A stretch of DNA of 64,000 nucleotides, from positions 704,001-768,000 of the forward strand of contig OZ241362.1 of the NCBI GenBank assembly GCA_965200315.1, given 5' to 3'. Under the pieces are notes generated by a model. It worked only from the letters and a program-made list of their open reading frames with translations. It did no database searches and had not been told where the DNA came from. This document shows, piece by piece, positions 52,029-62,206 of the stretch. Made by a program: the position numbers and the translations under genes. Position 1 is the first letter of the stretch; the number at the start of each line of letters is the position of its first letter. Origin of the DNA: Candidatus Latescibacterota bacterium (GTDB lineage: Bacteria; Latescibacterota; UBA2968; UBA8231).

Positions 52029-52852
52029 CCCGATTTTGCTTTCTTTCTGCCAACTACCATCTGGCCGGCATAGCGCAAGTCAATATAGGCCGGATCGGGA
52101 TGGTTTTGATGGACGCGCGGCATCAACTCGCGAATGGTGCGGAGACGGCGGGCGGCCTCGTTGGCAGGCAAGCGCACTTCGAGTCCGTCGCCGGCCATCT
52201 GCAAGCGAATACCCGCCCCGGACATCGGCTGGATGCCGGCTACGTTGAGGCAAAATTCCGCATCGGCAACCGTGGCTTCCTCCCACCAGCGCAGTATCGC
52301 CAACAGCGCGGAGTCCGCCACTGCCACGCCCGGCTGTAGCGAGTCGCTGCGGACGGACAGCCCGGATATGACGGGCAAATTGCGGGGCTGGGCAACCAGC
52401 CGGTCGCCCGTACTGCCTGCCGGGAGCAGGACGCCATCGGGCGTTATCCCGTAGGTCTGGCCCAAATCGATCCAAGCTACTTGGCGATGCTCGACGATAT
52501 CGACGGCAATCCGGTCGGGCGGTTTGCGTACCACGAGGGCCTGCTTGATCCAATACATGGCCTCTAACCGCTGCGCGACCTCGTCCAAGTCGATGGCGAA
52601 AATGTTGCTACCAACCGCAAGGCCACTGGCGACGCGTACATCCTCCCCACTGAGCCGCCGCAACCCATCCACCTCAATAGCCTTGAGGCCAAAGCGGGAG
52701 GCTTGGCCAAAGTAGGTAGCTGCCTGATAGGCCGCCAAGGTGCTGCCCGTGGCCAAGATCAGGAGGGCAATCCAAGGCCCGCGGGCCTTGGATCGCCCTC
52801 GCTCCCCCACGGTTAGCGGCTTCTGGCGCGCCTTGGTCTTCCGGCGGTTCAC
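52025..52852 (-). CDS. ftsQ: Cell division protein FtsQ/DivIB
   Basis: Basic N-terminus, one TM helix, POTRA-like region and YIDLRY; probable GTG start overlapping the murC stop. Confidence 0.85.
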   Translation of the reverse strand: MNRRKTKARQKPLTVGERGRSKARGPWIALLILATGSTLAAYQAATYFGQASRFGLKAIEVDGLRRLSGEDVRVASGLAVGSNIFAIDLDEVAQRLEAMYWIKQALVVRKPPDRIAVDIVEHRQVAWIDLGQTYGITPDGVLLPAGSTGDRLVAQPRNLPVISGLSVRSDSLQPGVAVADSALLAILRWWEEATVADAEFCLNVAGIQPMSGAGIRLQMAGDGLEVRLPANEAARRLRTIRELMPRVHQNHPDPAYIDLRYAGQMVVGRKKAKSG

Positions 52853-54243
52853 GAGCGCTCTCCAGCGGCCAAGGCCGCGATCAACTCCCCAGCCGCCTCG
52901 CCAATGTCGCCGGCCCCCATGACCAGCACCAAGTCGCCCCGACGACAGATATTCACCAAATGAGCCACGAGTTGCTCTCTGTCGGGCAGGTACTCCACGG
53001 CTTTGTACCCGCTGGCGCACAAGGCTTTTGCAATTAACTCGGAGTCCACGCCGGACAGGGGCTCTTCCCGCGCGGCATAGACCGCCGCCAGCACCACGTA
53101 GTCAGCCGCCGCTAGCTCGCGGGCAAAGGCCGCCGCTAAGTCGCGGGTGCGCGAGTACAGGTGGGGTTGAAAGACGGCGATAACTCGGCGCCCGCTCTGC
53201 CGCGCAGCAGCCAAGGCCGCCGCTAATTCAGCCGGATGATGGGCGTAGTCGTCCACGACCAGTATGCCAGCGAACTCCCCCTTGCGCTGAAAGCGTCGCT
53301 CCACCCCGCCAAACTGCTCCAAAGCATCGGCGATCGCTGCGAACTCCACCTGTAGCTCACAAGTCAGCGCGGCCGCTCCAGCGGCATTGCGGACATTGTG
53401 TACGCCGTGGACCTGCAATTCGATCTCGCCGAGCTTTTGTCCGTCGAAACACAGGGCAAACCGGCTGCCCCAAGTCCGCTCTTCGAGGTCGGCGATCCGG
53501 TAGTCGTTGTCGCCGGCCATACCATAGGTTTGATGGGGGCGCTGCAAGTCGGCCATCACCCGCTCCCCGACCAGCCCATCTCCGGCCAGTACGCTGCGGC
53601 CGCAGAAGGGCAGGCGCACGAGAAATTGGCCGAAAGCCCGTTCGAGGGCCTCCAAGCTCCCGTAGTAATCGAGGTGTTCGGCGTCTATACTTGTCACGAG
53701 GGCCAAGCTCGGATACAGGTGCAAGAAGCTGCCAGCAAACTCGTCGGCTTCCACTACAAAGACCTTGCCACTTCCCAGCTTGGCCTGCGGTCGCCCGTTG
53801 ATCCAACCCCCGATTAAGACCTGGGGATCGAGGCCAGCGCGGCGCAAGATCGCCGCGGCCATCGAAGCAGTCGTCGTCTTACCGTGAGTACCAGCTACGG
53901 CGAGGGTCAACGGTGCGCGAGACAGTTCCCCCAGCACCTCGGCCCGGCTCGCCGTGGGAATGCCCTCGTGCGCGGCAGCTTGGCGCTCGGGATTGTCAGC
54001 CGGGACGGCGGCCGAATACACCACTAGATCCGTGCCTTGGACGAGCTGGCCGTCGTGCCCCACCGCGACGGCAAATCCCTCTTGGCGCAACAGCGCGACG
54101 CTGGGCGAGTCGGCCTGATCCGAGCCGCTTACCACGCAGCCTTTGGCAGCGAGCAGCCGGGCCAAGCCCTCCATGCCCGCTCCGCCGATGCCGACGAGGT
54201 GGACGCGGCGATATTGATCAAAGAGGGTCTTCATCATTGCCAA
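52849..54243 (-). CDS. murC: UDP-N-acetylmuramate--L-alanine ligase
   Basis: GIGGAGM, GTHGKTTT, EADE, DDYAHHP and FQPHLYSRT. Confidence 0.95.
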   Translation of the reverse strand: MAMMKTLFDQYRRVHLVGIGGAGMEGLARLLAAKGCVVSGSDQADSPSVALLRQEGFAVAVGHDGQLVQGTDLVVYSAAVPADNPERQAAAHEGIPTASRAEVLGELSRAPLTLAVAGTHGKTTTASMAAAILRRAGLDPQVLIGGWINGRPQAKLGSGKVFVVEADEFAGSFLHLYPSLALVTSIDAEHLDYYGSLEALERAFGQFLVRLPFCGRSVLAGDGLVGERVMADLQRPHQTYGMAGDNDYRIADLEERTWGSRFALCFDGQKLGEIELQVHGVHNVRNAAGAAALTCELQVEFAAIADALEQFGGVERRFQRKGEFAGILVVDDYAHHPAELAAALAAARQSGRRVIAVFQPHLYSRTRDLAAAFARELAAADYVVLAAVYAAREEPLSGVDSELIAKALCASGYKAVEYLPDREQLVAHLVNICRRGDLVLVMGAGDIGEAAGELIAALAAGERS

Positions 54244-55349
54244 TGCCCCAAACTCTCTTGATGTCCGGGTGCCGTGCGAGCGACCCCCAGCAAGATGCCC
54301 ACCCCAGCCATATTTCCCATCAGCGACGAGCCTCCATAGCTGACAAAGGGCAGCGGCAAGCCGGTGGTGGGTAGTACCCCGATGACTACGCCGATGTTAA
54401 GCAGGGCGTATATCGAGACCATCGTCGTAATGCCAATGGCAACCAAAAAGCCGTACGTATCGCCAGTGCGGGTCCCAATGCGCACTCCGTAAAACGAGAA
54501 CGCCGCGAAAAGTCCCAAGACGACCAAGGTACCCACAAGCCCCATTTCCTCGCCGATGACCGAGAAGACAAAATCCGTGTGCGGTTCGGGCAGGTACTGC
54601 TCTTTTTGCATGCTGTTGCCCAAACCCACCCCAAAAAGGCCGCCATTGCCCATGCCGTAGAGCGACTGCAAAACTTGATAGGAGCCAGCCGGATCGCGCT
54701 CTGGGTCAATAAAGCTGACTAAGCGCCGCATCTGATAACTCGAATGCATCAGGGAAAACCCAATGCCCAACAGCGCGAGCAACCCAGCCCCGACCAAGTG
54801 GTACAAGCGCATTCCGCCGACCCACAGCATGATCAAGGCAATCAGCCCCAGCGCAATAGCCGTCCCCAAGTCGGGCTGCAATACGATGAGCACGAGAGCA
54901 AAGCCGACGACCAACAAACGAGGCACAAACCCGCGACTAAATTCGTGTAGCTCGTCGCGCTTGCGCACCAAGACATCCGCCAAGTAGAGCACCAGCGCCA
55001 GCTTGGCAAACTCAGCCGGCTGAAAGGCCCCGCCCAAGGCCGGAATGCTCAACCAGCGCTGAGCGGCACCGTGGCCCCACGCCAAGACCAGCGAGAGCGA
55101 CAAGAGGGCCAACAACATGAGCGGGCGCGAAAGCCGCGCCCACCAATGCAAAGGTATCCGCGAGAACGCGAGCATGAGCACCAAGCCGATGAAGACGCGG
55201 ATGGCATGCTTTTTGAGGAAGAGACCCGAGTCGCCAAAGCGCACGTTGGCCAAAACGGAGCTAGAGCTATAGACCATGACCAGCCCCAAGCCTACCAGCG
55301 TCAGGCAAATCAGCAACACCAACATGCTGTCGCGCTGCACAGCTATCAT
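54234..55349 (-). CDS. ftsW: Peptidoglycan polymerase FtsW
   Basis: QPAEFAK, QPDLG, LPEPHTDF and LPFVSYGGSS. Confidence 0.95.
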   Translation of the reverse strand: MIAVQRDSMLVLLICLTLVGLGLVMVYSSSSVLANVRFGDSGLFLKKHAIRVFIGLVLMLAFSRIPLHWWARLSRPLMLLALLSLSLVLAWGHGAAQRWLSIPALGGAFQPAEFAKLALVLYLADVLVRKRDELHEFSRGFVPRLLVVGFALVLIVLQPDLGTAIALGLIALIMLWVGGMRLYHLVGAGLLALLGIGFSLMHSSYQMRRLVSFIDPERDPAGSYQVLQSLYGMGNGGLFGVGLGNSMQKEQYLPEPHTDFVFSVIGEEMGLVGTLVVLGLFAAFSFYGVRIGTRTGDTYGFLVAIGITTMVSIYALLNIGVVIGVLPTTGLPLPFVSYGGSSLMGNMAGVGILLGVARTAPGHQESLGHWQ

Positions 55350-55406
55350 CAGGGAGGAACTCTATGTTGCTAGGGACTGGAAGGGGCTCGGTGGGAGCGA
55401 GCTCAA

Positions 55407-56774
55407 CTACTGTAGAATGCGCTCGACGATTCGGTCAAAGGCCACGGCCCGAGAGGCCTTGACTAAGACTACGTCGCCGTGGCGCAAGTGCGCCGCAGCG
55501 AATTCGCCGAGTTGATCGGGCTGCTCAAAGTGGCGAGCTGCGTTTGGGACCATGCCAGCCGCGCGGGCCGCGGCCACTAAATGCGCACTTTGGCGACCGG
55601 CAGCCAAGACGACATCGGCGCACTCAGCGGCCTTCTCGCCGACTACCGCGTGCAACCGGCTGCTCTCCGCGCCGAGCTCCAGCATGTCGCCGAGCACGGC
55701 GATTTTCCGCGCACCGGGCACAGCGACGAGAAGGTCGAGTGCGGCCGACATCGAGTTAGGACTGGCATTGTAGCAATCGTCGATTACGGCGATCCCATTT
55801 TTGCGCACGATCTCGCCGCGCTGGCTCACCGCCTCGAACTCGGCGAGGGCACGCTGGATCCCTTCCCAAGGCACACCGAGGAGGCGACCGACCGCGGCGG
55901 CGGCCAAGGCGTTGTAGGCGTTGTGCCGCCCCGGGATATTGAGATCAATGGGAACGTGCTGTAGAAGGAAGTGGCCGCAGCCCTTCTGGTCGAGTACGAG
56001 CCTCTCCCCACGAAACTCGCTCTCACGCACAAAACCGAAGGTCAGGAGTCTCCCCTTTGTCCTCTTTACCTCCTGAGCCACGACACGGTCATCGGCGTTG
56101 ACGAGAGCCGTTAAAGACTCGTCCATATAATCCAGAAGCTCCCCTTTGGCCTTGGCCACTCCTTCTACAGATCCGAAAAATTCTAGGTGTGCAGTCCCGA
56201 TGTTGAGCAAAACCCCAATGGTAGGTTCGGCAACCGAGCACAGGTAGCGAATGTCGCCTATTCGCCGCGCTGCCAGTTCCAATACCACGGCTTCATGGCT
56301 CGGCGACAGTTGTAGCAAAGTGCGAGGCACCCCGATCTCGTTGTTCTCACTGCCGATAGTTTTCAAAACGCAATACCGCTGCCCCAAGACAGCGGCAATC
56401 ATTTCCTTGGTCGTCGTCTTGCCGGCACTGCCGACGACGGCCACCACTGGAACCTCCCAGCGCCGCCGATACGCCCGCGCTATATCGCCTAGGGCGCGCA
56501 GGGTCGAGTCAACGGCCAGGAGCGGGCCGGAGGCCGCCTGATCCAACCCGGGCCAGCCCCGTTCCACTAAGGCCGCACACGCGCCGCGGGCAAAGGCGGC
56601 CTCGACGAAGTCGTGTCCGTCGAAGTTCTCACCTCGCAACGCCACGAACAGCTCGCCCTCGTCAATGGACCGACTGTCGGTTGCTACCGTTTGCGGGGCG
56701 CAATCCGGCTGGAGGTTCCCGACCGGGTCGGCAGCCGTCCACTGCATCATCTCGCTCAGGGTCACGGTGCGCAT
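55407..56774 (-). CDS. murF: UDP-MurNAc-tripeptide--D-Ala-D-Ala ligase
   Basis: GSAGKTTTKE, NNEIGVP, DCYNASP, GDMLELG and KASR. Confidence 0.95.
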   Translation of the reverse strand: MRTVTLSEMMQWTAADPVGNLQPDCAPQTVATDSRSIDEGELFVALRGENFDGHDFVEAAFARGACAALVERGWPGLDQAASGPLLAVDSTLRALGDIARAYRRRWEVPVVAVVGSAGKTTTKEMIAAVLGQRYCVLKTIGSENNEIGVPRTLLQLSPSHEAVVLELAARRIGDIRYLCSVAEPTIGVLLNIGTAHLEFFGSVEGVAKAKGELLDYMDESLTALVNADDRVVAQEVKRTKGRLLTFGFVRESEFRGERLVLDQKGCGHFLLQHVPIDLNIPGRHNAYNALAAAAVGRLLGVPWEGIQRALAEFEAVSQRGEIVRKNGIAVIDDCYNASPNSMSAALDLLVAVPGARKIAVLGDMLELGAESSRLHAVVGEKAAECADVVLAAGRQSAHLVAAARAAGMVPNAARHFEQPDQLGEFAAAHLRHGDVVLVKASRAVAFDRIVERILQ

Positions 56775-58246
56775 AGCGGCTGTCCTTCCCTAGCGAGCAA
56801 ACCCCGCAACACGCGCCGGGCAACTTCTCGGTCGTCAAAAGCCACGACGCGGTCGGCTAGTTCCTGCTCCTGTTCGTGCCCCTTACCGGCAATAACTACG
56901 ACATCCCCGCTGTGCGCAGCAGCCAGAGCCGTAGCAATCGCTTGTGCGCGGTCAACTTCGCGGTCAACCGCGCTGCTGTCGGGCACGCCAGCAGCCATAT
57001 CGTCGATGATCCGTTGCGGCTCCTCGCTGCGCGGATTGTCTGAAGTCAAGACTGTCCAATCGGCCAACTCGCCAGCGACGCGGCCCATCAGCACCCGCTT
57101 GCCGCGATCTCGATCTCCGCCACAACCGCAGACGCAGATCAAGCGGCCGCTGCCCAAGTCGCGGGCGGCGTACAAAACCCTTTCTAGCGCATCCGGGGTG
57201 TGGGCGTAATCCACGATGACCGCGAAATCCTGCCCTTCGGCGATTGGCTCGCAGCGGCCCGGGACGCTCTCTAAGGCAGCCAATCCGCGGCATAGAGCTA
57301 CGGCATCCAAATCCAAGGCCAATCCGACAGCCACGACGGCCATAGCATTGTAGTAGTTGAAACGACCGATCAAATGCGTCTGCACCTCAATGGAGCCGGC
57401 TGGGGTGTCCAAGCACAGGTGCGTCCCCTCCGGACCAGCATCTGCACGTTGCAACCGCACCTCGGCCGCTGGGCCACAGCCATACGTCACAACGCGCGCC
57501 TCGGTTCTGTGGGCCAATTCGTCGGCGCGAGCATCGTCGGCGTTAATCACCGCAACCGCGCCTTCTTGCAGACATTCAAAAAGCCGGGCCTTAGCCGCAA
57601 AGTACGCCTCCCAAGTCCCGTGAAAATCCAAGTGATCGCGCGTCAAATTGGTAAAGACCGCCGCCCGGAAGGGAATGCCCTCCACCCTCTTCAATGCCAG
57701 TCCATGAGAAGACACCTCTAGCACGGCCGCTTGCTTGCCGGCATTGACGAGCCGACGCAGTAAGCCGTGTAACTGGACGGCCTCGGGCGTGGTATTGTCC
57801 ATCTTCTCCAATTCGCCATCGCACCAAAACCCCAAGGTCCCCAAGTACCCACACGGCCAGCCGGCCGCTTCGAGGGCACTCCTGAGCAGGAAGGCCGTGG
57901 TGGTCTTGCCATTGGTGCCAGTGACGCCAACGTTGAGCAGCTCCTGTCCGGGAAAGGCGTAAAAGCGCGCCGCCATGCGGGCCAACGCGGTCCGGCAGTC
58001 CGCCACCTGCACCCGCGTTACTCCAGGGCAATCGATCCGCTCCTCCACCATCACGGCGCGGGCACCGCGGGCGATGGCATGGCCGACGAAGCGATGCCGG
58101 TCCTGCTCCGGCCCTCCGCGCAGGGCCACGAAAAAATCGCCTTCCTCCACGCAGCGCGAATCGCAGCGGAGCTGCCCCAAATCAATATCTGGGTCGCCCT
58201 CTATGCGGGCGTCGGGTAGCTCTTCGAGCAGGTATTTCAATTCCAT
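56762..58246 (-). CDS. murE: UDP-MurNAc-dipeptide--meso-DAP ligase
   Basis: TGTNGKTT, DHLDFH, DYAHTPD, DNPRSE and AGKGHE. Confidence 0.95.
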   Translation of the reverse strand: MELKYLLEELPDARIEGDPDIDLGQLRCDSRCVEEGDFFVALRGGPEQDRHRFVGHAIARGARAVMVEERIDCPGVTRVQVADCRTALARMAARFYAFPGQELLNVGVTGTNGKTTTAFLLRSALEAAGWPCGYLGTLGFWCDGELEKMDNTTPEAVQLHGLLRRLVNAGKQAAVLEVSSHGLALKRVEGIPFRAAVFTNLTRDHLDFHGTWEAYFAAKARLFECLQEGAVAVINADDARADELAHRTEARVVTYGCGPAAEVRLQRADAGPEGTHLCLDTPAGSIEVQTHLIGRFNYYNAMAVVAVGLALDLDAVALCRGLAALESVPGRCEPIAEGQDFAVIVDYAHTPDALERVLYAARDLGSGRLICVCGCGGDRDRGKRVLMGRVAGELADWTVLTSDNPRSEEPQRIIDDMAAGVPDSSAVDREVDRAQAIATALAAAHSGDVVVIAGKGHEQEQELADRVVAFDDREVARRVLRGLLAREGQPLCAP

Positions 58247-58250
58247 ATCG

Positions 58251-60230
58251 CTAAATACCTCTCGAACTTTGGGCTAGAATGTTTCCGACGAGGCGAGCCT
58301 GCCGCATTTCCCACGGTCTGTGGGCAACTTCTGCGCCCAGCGTACAGTTGATCTGCTCTACGCGTCCGCCCCGGCCCGGCAAGGGCGACTGATTGACAAC
58401 CACGGGCCCCACGCCGAAGAAGGCCACCGGTAATCCCCTCATCTGCGCCTCGAAACGAGCCACGTCCGGGATCATACCGCGCAGGTCGGGTACGGCCGGC
58501 CCCTCTTTTTGCGGATGCTTGGCCGCTGGCTCGACCAATAGGCCGCCGGGCATGCTGATGATCCGCTTCATCACCCGGCGGAAGGCCGGGGCTGCCACAG
58601 ATCCTCCCCAGCCGTTCACGCGGGGATTTTCGACCATGACCACGCACACGTACTGGGGCTCATCCGCCGGCAGGAAGCCCACGAACGAGGCAACGCTGGC
58701 GTTGGGATCGTAGCCGCTGCCATCGGCTAAGGCGCGCTGAGCCGTGCCCGTTTTGCCGGCTATAGCCACGCCCTCGATGCGGGCCTTTTGCCCGGTGCCC
58801 CTTTCCACGACTCCAGTCAGCACCTCGCTCAGGGTCGCTGCCGTCTTCCGGCTCACGACCCGGCGGATCGGTTGGGGGCCGCCGCGACTGTCGAGCCGAC
58901 CGTCCGAATCAATCGTCCCGGCGACGATCCGCGGTGTCATCAACACGCCACCGTTGGCAATGGCTCCGTATGCCATGGCGAGTTGTAGGGCCGTCACGCC
59001 GATTTCCTGCCCGATGGCAATAGTCTCCTGCGACCGCTTAGACCACTGATCAACCTCCTGCAATAAACCAGGCGTTTCCGCTGGCAAGTCAATGCCCGTG
59101 CGAATCGCGAAGCCAAAGTTGCGGATGTGTTCGTAAAAGCGATGCCGCGCCAGTCGCTGCGCCAGCTTAATCGTGCCGATGTTGCTCGATTTTTCCAAGA
59201 CCTGAGCAAAGAACAAATCGCCGTAGGGCTGGATATCGCGGATCGTGTCTCCATTGGATAACCTGAACGTCCCGTGCGCACAAAAGATGCGATCGTGCCG
59301 GCTGGCTAGCCCGTCTTCAAGGACGGCGGCAGCCGCGATGGCTTTGAAGGTCGAACCGGGTTCGTACACGTCGGTTATCGCGCGATTGCGCCTGAGTTCC
59401 GGCGATGAGCGGGACGCCTTATTGGGATCGAAAAGCGGCAGGTTGGCCATGGCCAGTACCTCACCACTGAGCGGGGCAATAATGACGCCCAATGCACCTT
59501 GAGCCTTTGAACCGTCGATGGCCCGTTGCAACTCTTCCTCCAGAATGCTCTGATAGCCCGCATCGATGGTCAGCATCAGGTCGCGGCCATGCTCCGGCTC
59601 TTCGCGTCGATGCTGCCGTCCGGGTACTTGCTTGCCGTGCGCATCGACGAATCCCACTATCGAGCCGTCCTTTTCGCGCAAAATATCGTCGAAGGCCCGC
59701 TCAATTCCCTCGCGGCCGCTGTTGTCGATGTTGGTGTGCCCGATGAGTTGGCCGGCCAACGGCCCCAAGGGATACTGGCGACGAGTTTCTGGGTGTTGGA
59801 ACACACCGGCGAATGCGCCTGCCCCCACATCCGCGCCAACCACCTGACGCGCCAGATAGATAAATTGCTTGTCCGTACGCAATTGGCGCTCAATGACCTC
59901 GGCCCGTTTAGTGCTCAGGGAGGCGAAGTGGGCGGCTACGCGCTTGGGATCGTCAACCTGATCGGGATAGGCGTAAAACGACGTGGCTTGGATATCTACG
60001 GCCAAATTGTTGCCGCGCCGATCGACAACTCGACCCCGGCTCGCTTTCAGCGTACGGCGCTCAAGATACTGCACATGGGCCTCTGCGCTGTACGCCTCGT
60101 GCCTGAAAACCTGGATTTGGACGAGCCGTGCAGACAGACCCAACCACGCCACCGCACCCAAAACCACGATCCAGCGCAGCCGACTCATGCCCGCATGTTG
60201 TACCCGTGGCCCCATCAATCTCCTTCCCAA
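58251..60230 (-). CDS. ftsI: Class B penicillin-binding protein (PBP3) with PASTA domain
   Basis: EPGSTFK, SSN and KTGTAQ. Confidence 0.92.
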   Translation of the reverse strand: MGRRLMGPRVQHAGMSRLRWIVVLGAVAWLGLSARLVQIQVFRHEAYSAEAHVQYLERRTLKASRGRVVDRRGNNLAVDIQATSFYAYPDQVDDPKRVAAHFASLSTKRAEVIERQLRTDKQFIYLARQVVGADVGAGAFAGVFQHPETRRQYPLGPLAGQLIGHTNIDNSGREGIERAFDDILREKDGSIVGFVDAHGKQVPGRQHRREEPEHGRDLMLTIDAGYQSILEEELQRAIDGSKAQGALGVIIAPLSGEVLAMANLPLFDPNKASRSSPELRRNRAITDVYEPGSTFKAIAAAAVLEDGLASRHDRIFCAHGTFRLSNGDTIRDIQPYGDLFFAQVLEKSSNIGTIKLAQRLARHRFYEHIRNFGFAIRTGIDLPAETPGLLQEVDQWSKRSQETIAIGQEIGVTALQLAMAYGAIANGGVLMTPRIVAGTIDSDGRLDSRGGPQPIRRVVSRKTAATLSEVLTGVVERGTGQKARIEGVAIAGKTGTAQRALADGSGYDPNASVASFVGFLPADEPQYVCVVMVENPRVNGWGGSVAAPAFRRVMKRIISMPGGLLVEPAAKHPQKEGPAVPDLRGMIPDVARFEAQMRGLPVAFFGVGPVVVNQSPLPGRGGRVEQINCTLGAEVAHRPWEMRQARLVGNILAQSSRGI

Positions 60231-60514
60231 TGAGCCAACGCACCATTGATGCCATCTATAGTTTGCGAGGGATAGACCATGCCGAGTTGGCCAAAGGCCA
60301 CTTTCTCGACGAAGCCGGAGTTTTTCCGCCCTGAGATAGCCGCCAATAGCTGGGTGCGCGCACTGCCGAGTTCGGCTACTTGAGCCTCAGCCGTGCTTAT
60401 GCTGCCGACCACCCGGGCCATTTCGACCTTTTGCCAGACGTGGAAGAGGGCCGCCCCGGCCATCATCCCTATGAGGAGTACGCACTTCGCACAGGAAATT
60501 CCGCCTTTGCTCAT
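60215..60514 (-). CDS. ftsL: FtsL-like protein
   Basis: TM helix plus coiled coil and A...LGM..P, lying between rsmH and ftsI. Confidence 0.75.
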   Translation of the reverse strand: MSKGGISCAKCVLLIGMMAGAALFHVWQKVEMARVVGSISTAEAQVAELGSARTQLLAAISGRKNSGFVEKVAFGQLGMVYPSQTIDGINGALAHWEGD

Positions 60515-60515
60515 A

Positions 60516-61442
60516 TTAGCCTGCCTCGATTTTTTCGTAAACTCTCAAAATGGCGCTGCGCGCTCGAGTATTTTGTTTGACCTCGGCCTCGCTCGCCCGC
60601 TGCAATTTGTAACCTACTCGCTTGAACGACGGTTTCCTCCCGCAGGTGCAAATGGGTACGCGCGGCGGACAAATGCAGCCGCGCACTAGGGCTGCGAAAC
60701 GCTGCTTGACCAACCGATCCTCCAAGGAGTGATAGGCCAAGACAACCAAGCGACCACCGGGTTTCAGTCCGACCTCGGCAGCCGTCAACCCCGCCTGCAA
60801 CTGCCCCAACTCGTCGTTGACGGCAATGCGCAGCGCTTGGAACACGCGCGCCAGCGTCTTGTTGAGCATCCGGGGCCGCGTGGCCGCTACGGCCTGCCGC
60901 AAAGCCTGCGTAGTGGTCAAAGGCGCGAGCCGCTGCTGCCGGCAGATCGAGCGCGCGATGCGCCGTGCCGCGTGCTCTTCCCCATAGCGCGCAATCAACT
61001 CGGCCAGTTCGCTCTCGCTGCACACTGCGATCAATTCGGCGGCCGTTGGGCCAGCTTCTGCATCCATTCGCATGTCGAGCGGACCGTCGGCCTGATAGCT
61101 GAATCCCCGGGGCGGCGCATCGATCTGATGTGAGGAAACCCCTAAGTCGAACAGGACTCCGCTTAACGGACCGATCCCTTCCTGTGCCAGCAACTCGCTC
61201 ACTTCGGCAAAGCGGCCTTGCCGCACGACGGCTCGCGTATCTGCTGCCAACCTCACTCGCGCTGCCGCTACGGCTTCCCGATCCCGATCTATTGCTAGCA
61301 GCCGCGCCTTGGGGCTGAGGGCCTGAAGCAATGCCCAACTGTGGCCGCCTCCACCGGCCGTCGCATCCACGTACGTTCCGTCTGGATCGGCTACCAGCCC
61401 GGCGACTACTTCCTCGACCATGACCGGAATGTGGTATTCCAT
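60516..61442 (-). CDS. rsmH: 16S rRNA m4C1402 methyltransferase
   Basis: HIPVM, DLGVSS, PLDMRM, FQALRIAVN and HSLEDR. Confidence 0.96.
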   Translation of the reverse strand: MEYHIPVMVEEVVAGLVADPDGTYVDATAGGGGHSWALLQALSPKARLLAIDRDREAVAAARVRLAADTRAVVRQGRFAEVSELLAQEGIGPLSGVLFDLGVSSHQIDAPPRGFSYQADGPLDMRMDAEAGPTAAELIAVCSESELAELIARYGEEHAARRIARSICRQQRLAPLTTTQALRQAVAATRPRMLNKTLARVFQALRIAVNDELGQLQAGLTAAEVGLKPGGRLVVLAYHSLEDRLVKQRFAALVRGCICPPRVPICTCGRKPSFKRVGYKLQRASEAEVKQNTRARSAILRVYEKIEAG

Positions 61443-61463
61443 GTTGTGGGTTCATAAGTCCGC

Positions 61464-61901
61464 TTACAGGTCTATATCAAAAGGAAGGGTGTCGGCGAGG
61501 TCTTCCATCGGCGGGAAATCCTCGCTGTTTTCTGGGTTCCAAAACTCCAACTTGTCCAACGCGCCAATAATGACCATCTGATCCGTGATGTCGGCCTTGT
61601 CCAGCAACTTGCGCGGAATGCCAGCCCGCCCTTGCCGGTCCAGCTTCACTTCCGCCGCATGCGAGACCATAGATCGGACGAAGGCCCGCGCCTCGCGTTG
61701 GGTAGTAGGTAGGCGCAAGAGCTGTTCGGCTTTCGCCTCCCACTCGGGCCGGGAGTAAGCCACCAAGCAGTTGTCGAACCAGCGCAGCACCACCAGCGTA
61801 TCGTCGGCTTCTGGCGGCAGTTTCTTGCGAAGTTCCGCCGGCACAAAAATTCTCCCTTTGTTGTCAACGGGCACCTCGTATCTGCCCAAAAATTGTGCCA
61901 T
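61464..61901 (-). CDS. mraZ: Transcriptional regulator MraZ
   Basis: Two DxxGR motifs (DNKGR, DRQGR). Confidence 0.95.
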   Translation of the reverse strand: MAQFLGRYEVPVDNKGRIFVPAELRKKLPPEADDTLVVLRWFDNCLVAYSRPEWEAKAEQLLRLPTTQREARAFVRSMVSHAAEVKLDRQGRAGIPRKLLDKADITDQMVIIGALDKLEFWNPENSEDFPPMEDLADTLPFDIDL

Positions 61902-61930
61902 TTAATGCCTGCGCCAAGTCAAAATCTCCC

Positions 61931-61960
61931 TTTCCACCACTTTCCACCACTTTCCACCAC
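61931..61960 (-). promoter_or_regulatory. MraZ operator (dcw boxes)
   Basis: Three perfect 10-bp repeats, GTGGTGGAAA on the minus strand, just upstream of mraZ. Confidence 0.85.
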
Positions 61961-61967
61961 TAAATCC

Positions 61968-61996
61968 AAAATACACCGATCTCAACGGGACTGCAA
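61968..61996 (-). promoter_or_regulatory. Sigma-70-type promoter of the dcw operon
   Basis: TTGCAG-17 nt-TATTTT immediately upstream of the MraZ boxes. Confidence 0.55.
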
Positions 61997-62150
61997 GCAC
62001 ATTTTTCCATCATTTTTTTATATTTTTCAGATAGATACGGCCATTTCAAGGACTGGATACACTAATTTGTGTTTATATGCACACTGATTTGTGTTTATTC
62101 CGATTGTTCTCCGCTCTCTTTAAGCATCGCCCATGTTGTCATTTTGGCAC

Positions 62151-62189
62151 AAAAAAAGGGCGGACCACCGTGTGGTCCAACCCCTTTTT
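62151..62189. terminator. Probable bidirectional intrinsic terminator after trmB
   Basis: A7-GGGCGGACCAC/GTGGTCCAACCCC-T5 imperfect hairpin. Confidence 0.65.
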
Positions 62190-62206
62190 CGCGTTCAACA
62201 CAGAGC

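Noticed and set aside
61931-61960. Perfect 3 x 10-bp tandem repeat as a novel element
   Set aside because: Matches the known MraZ operator position and period.
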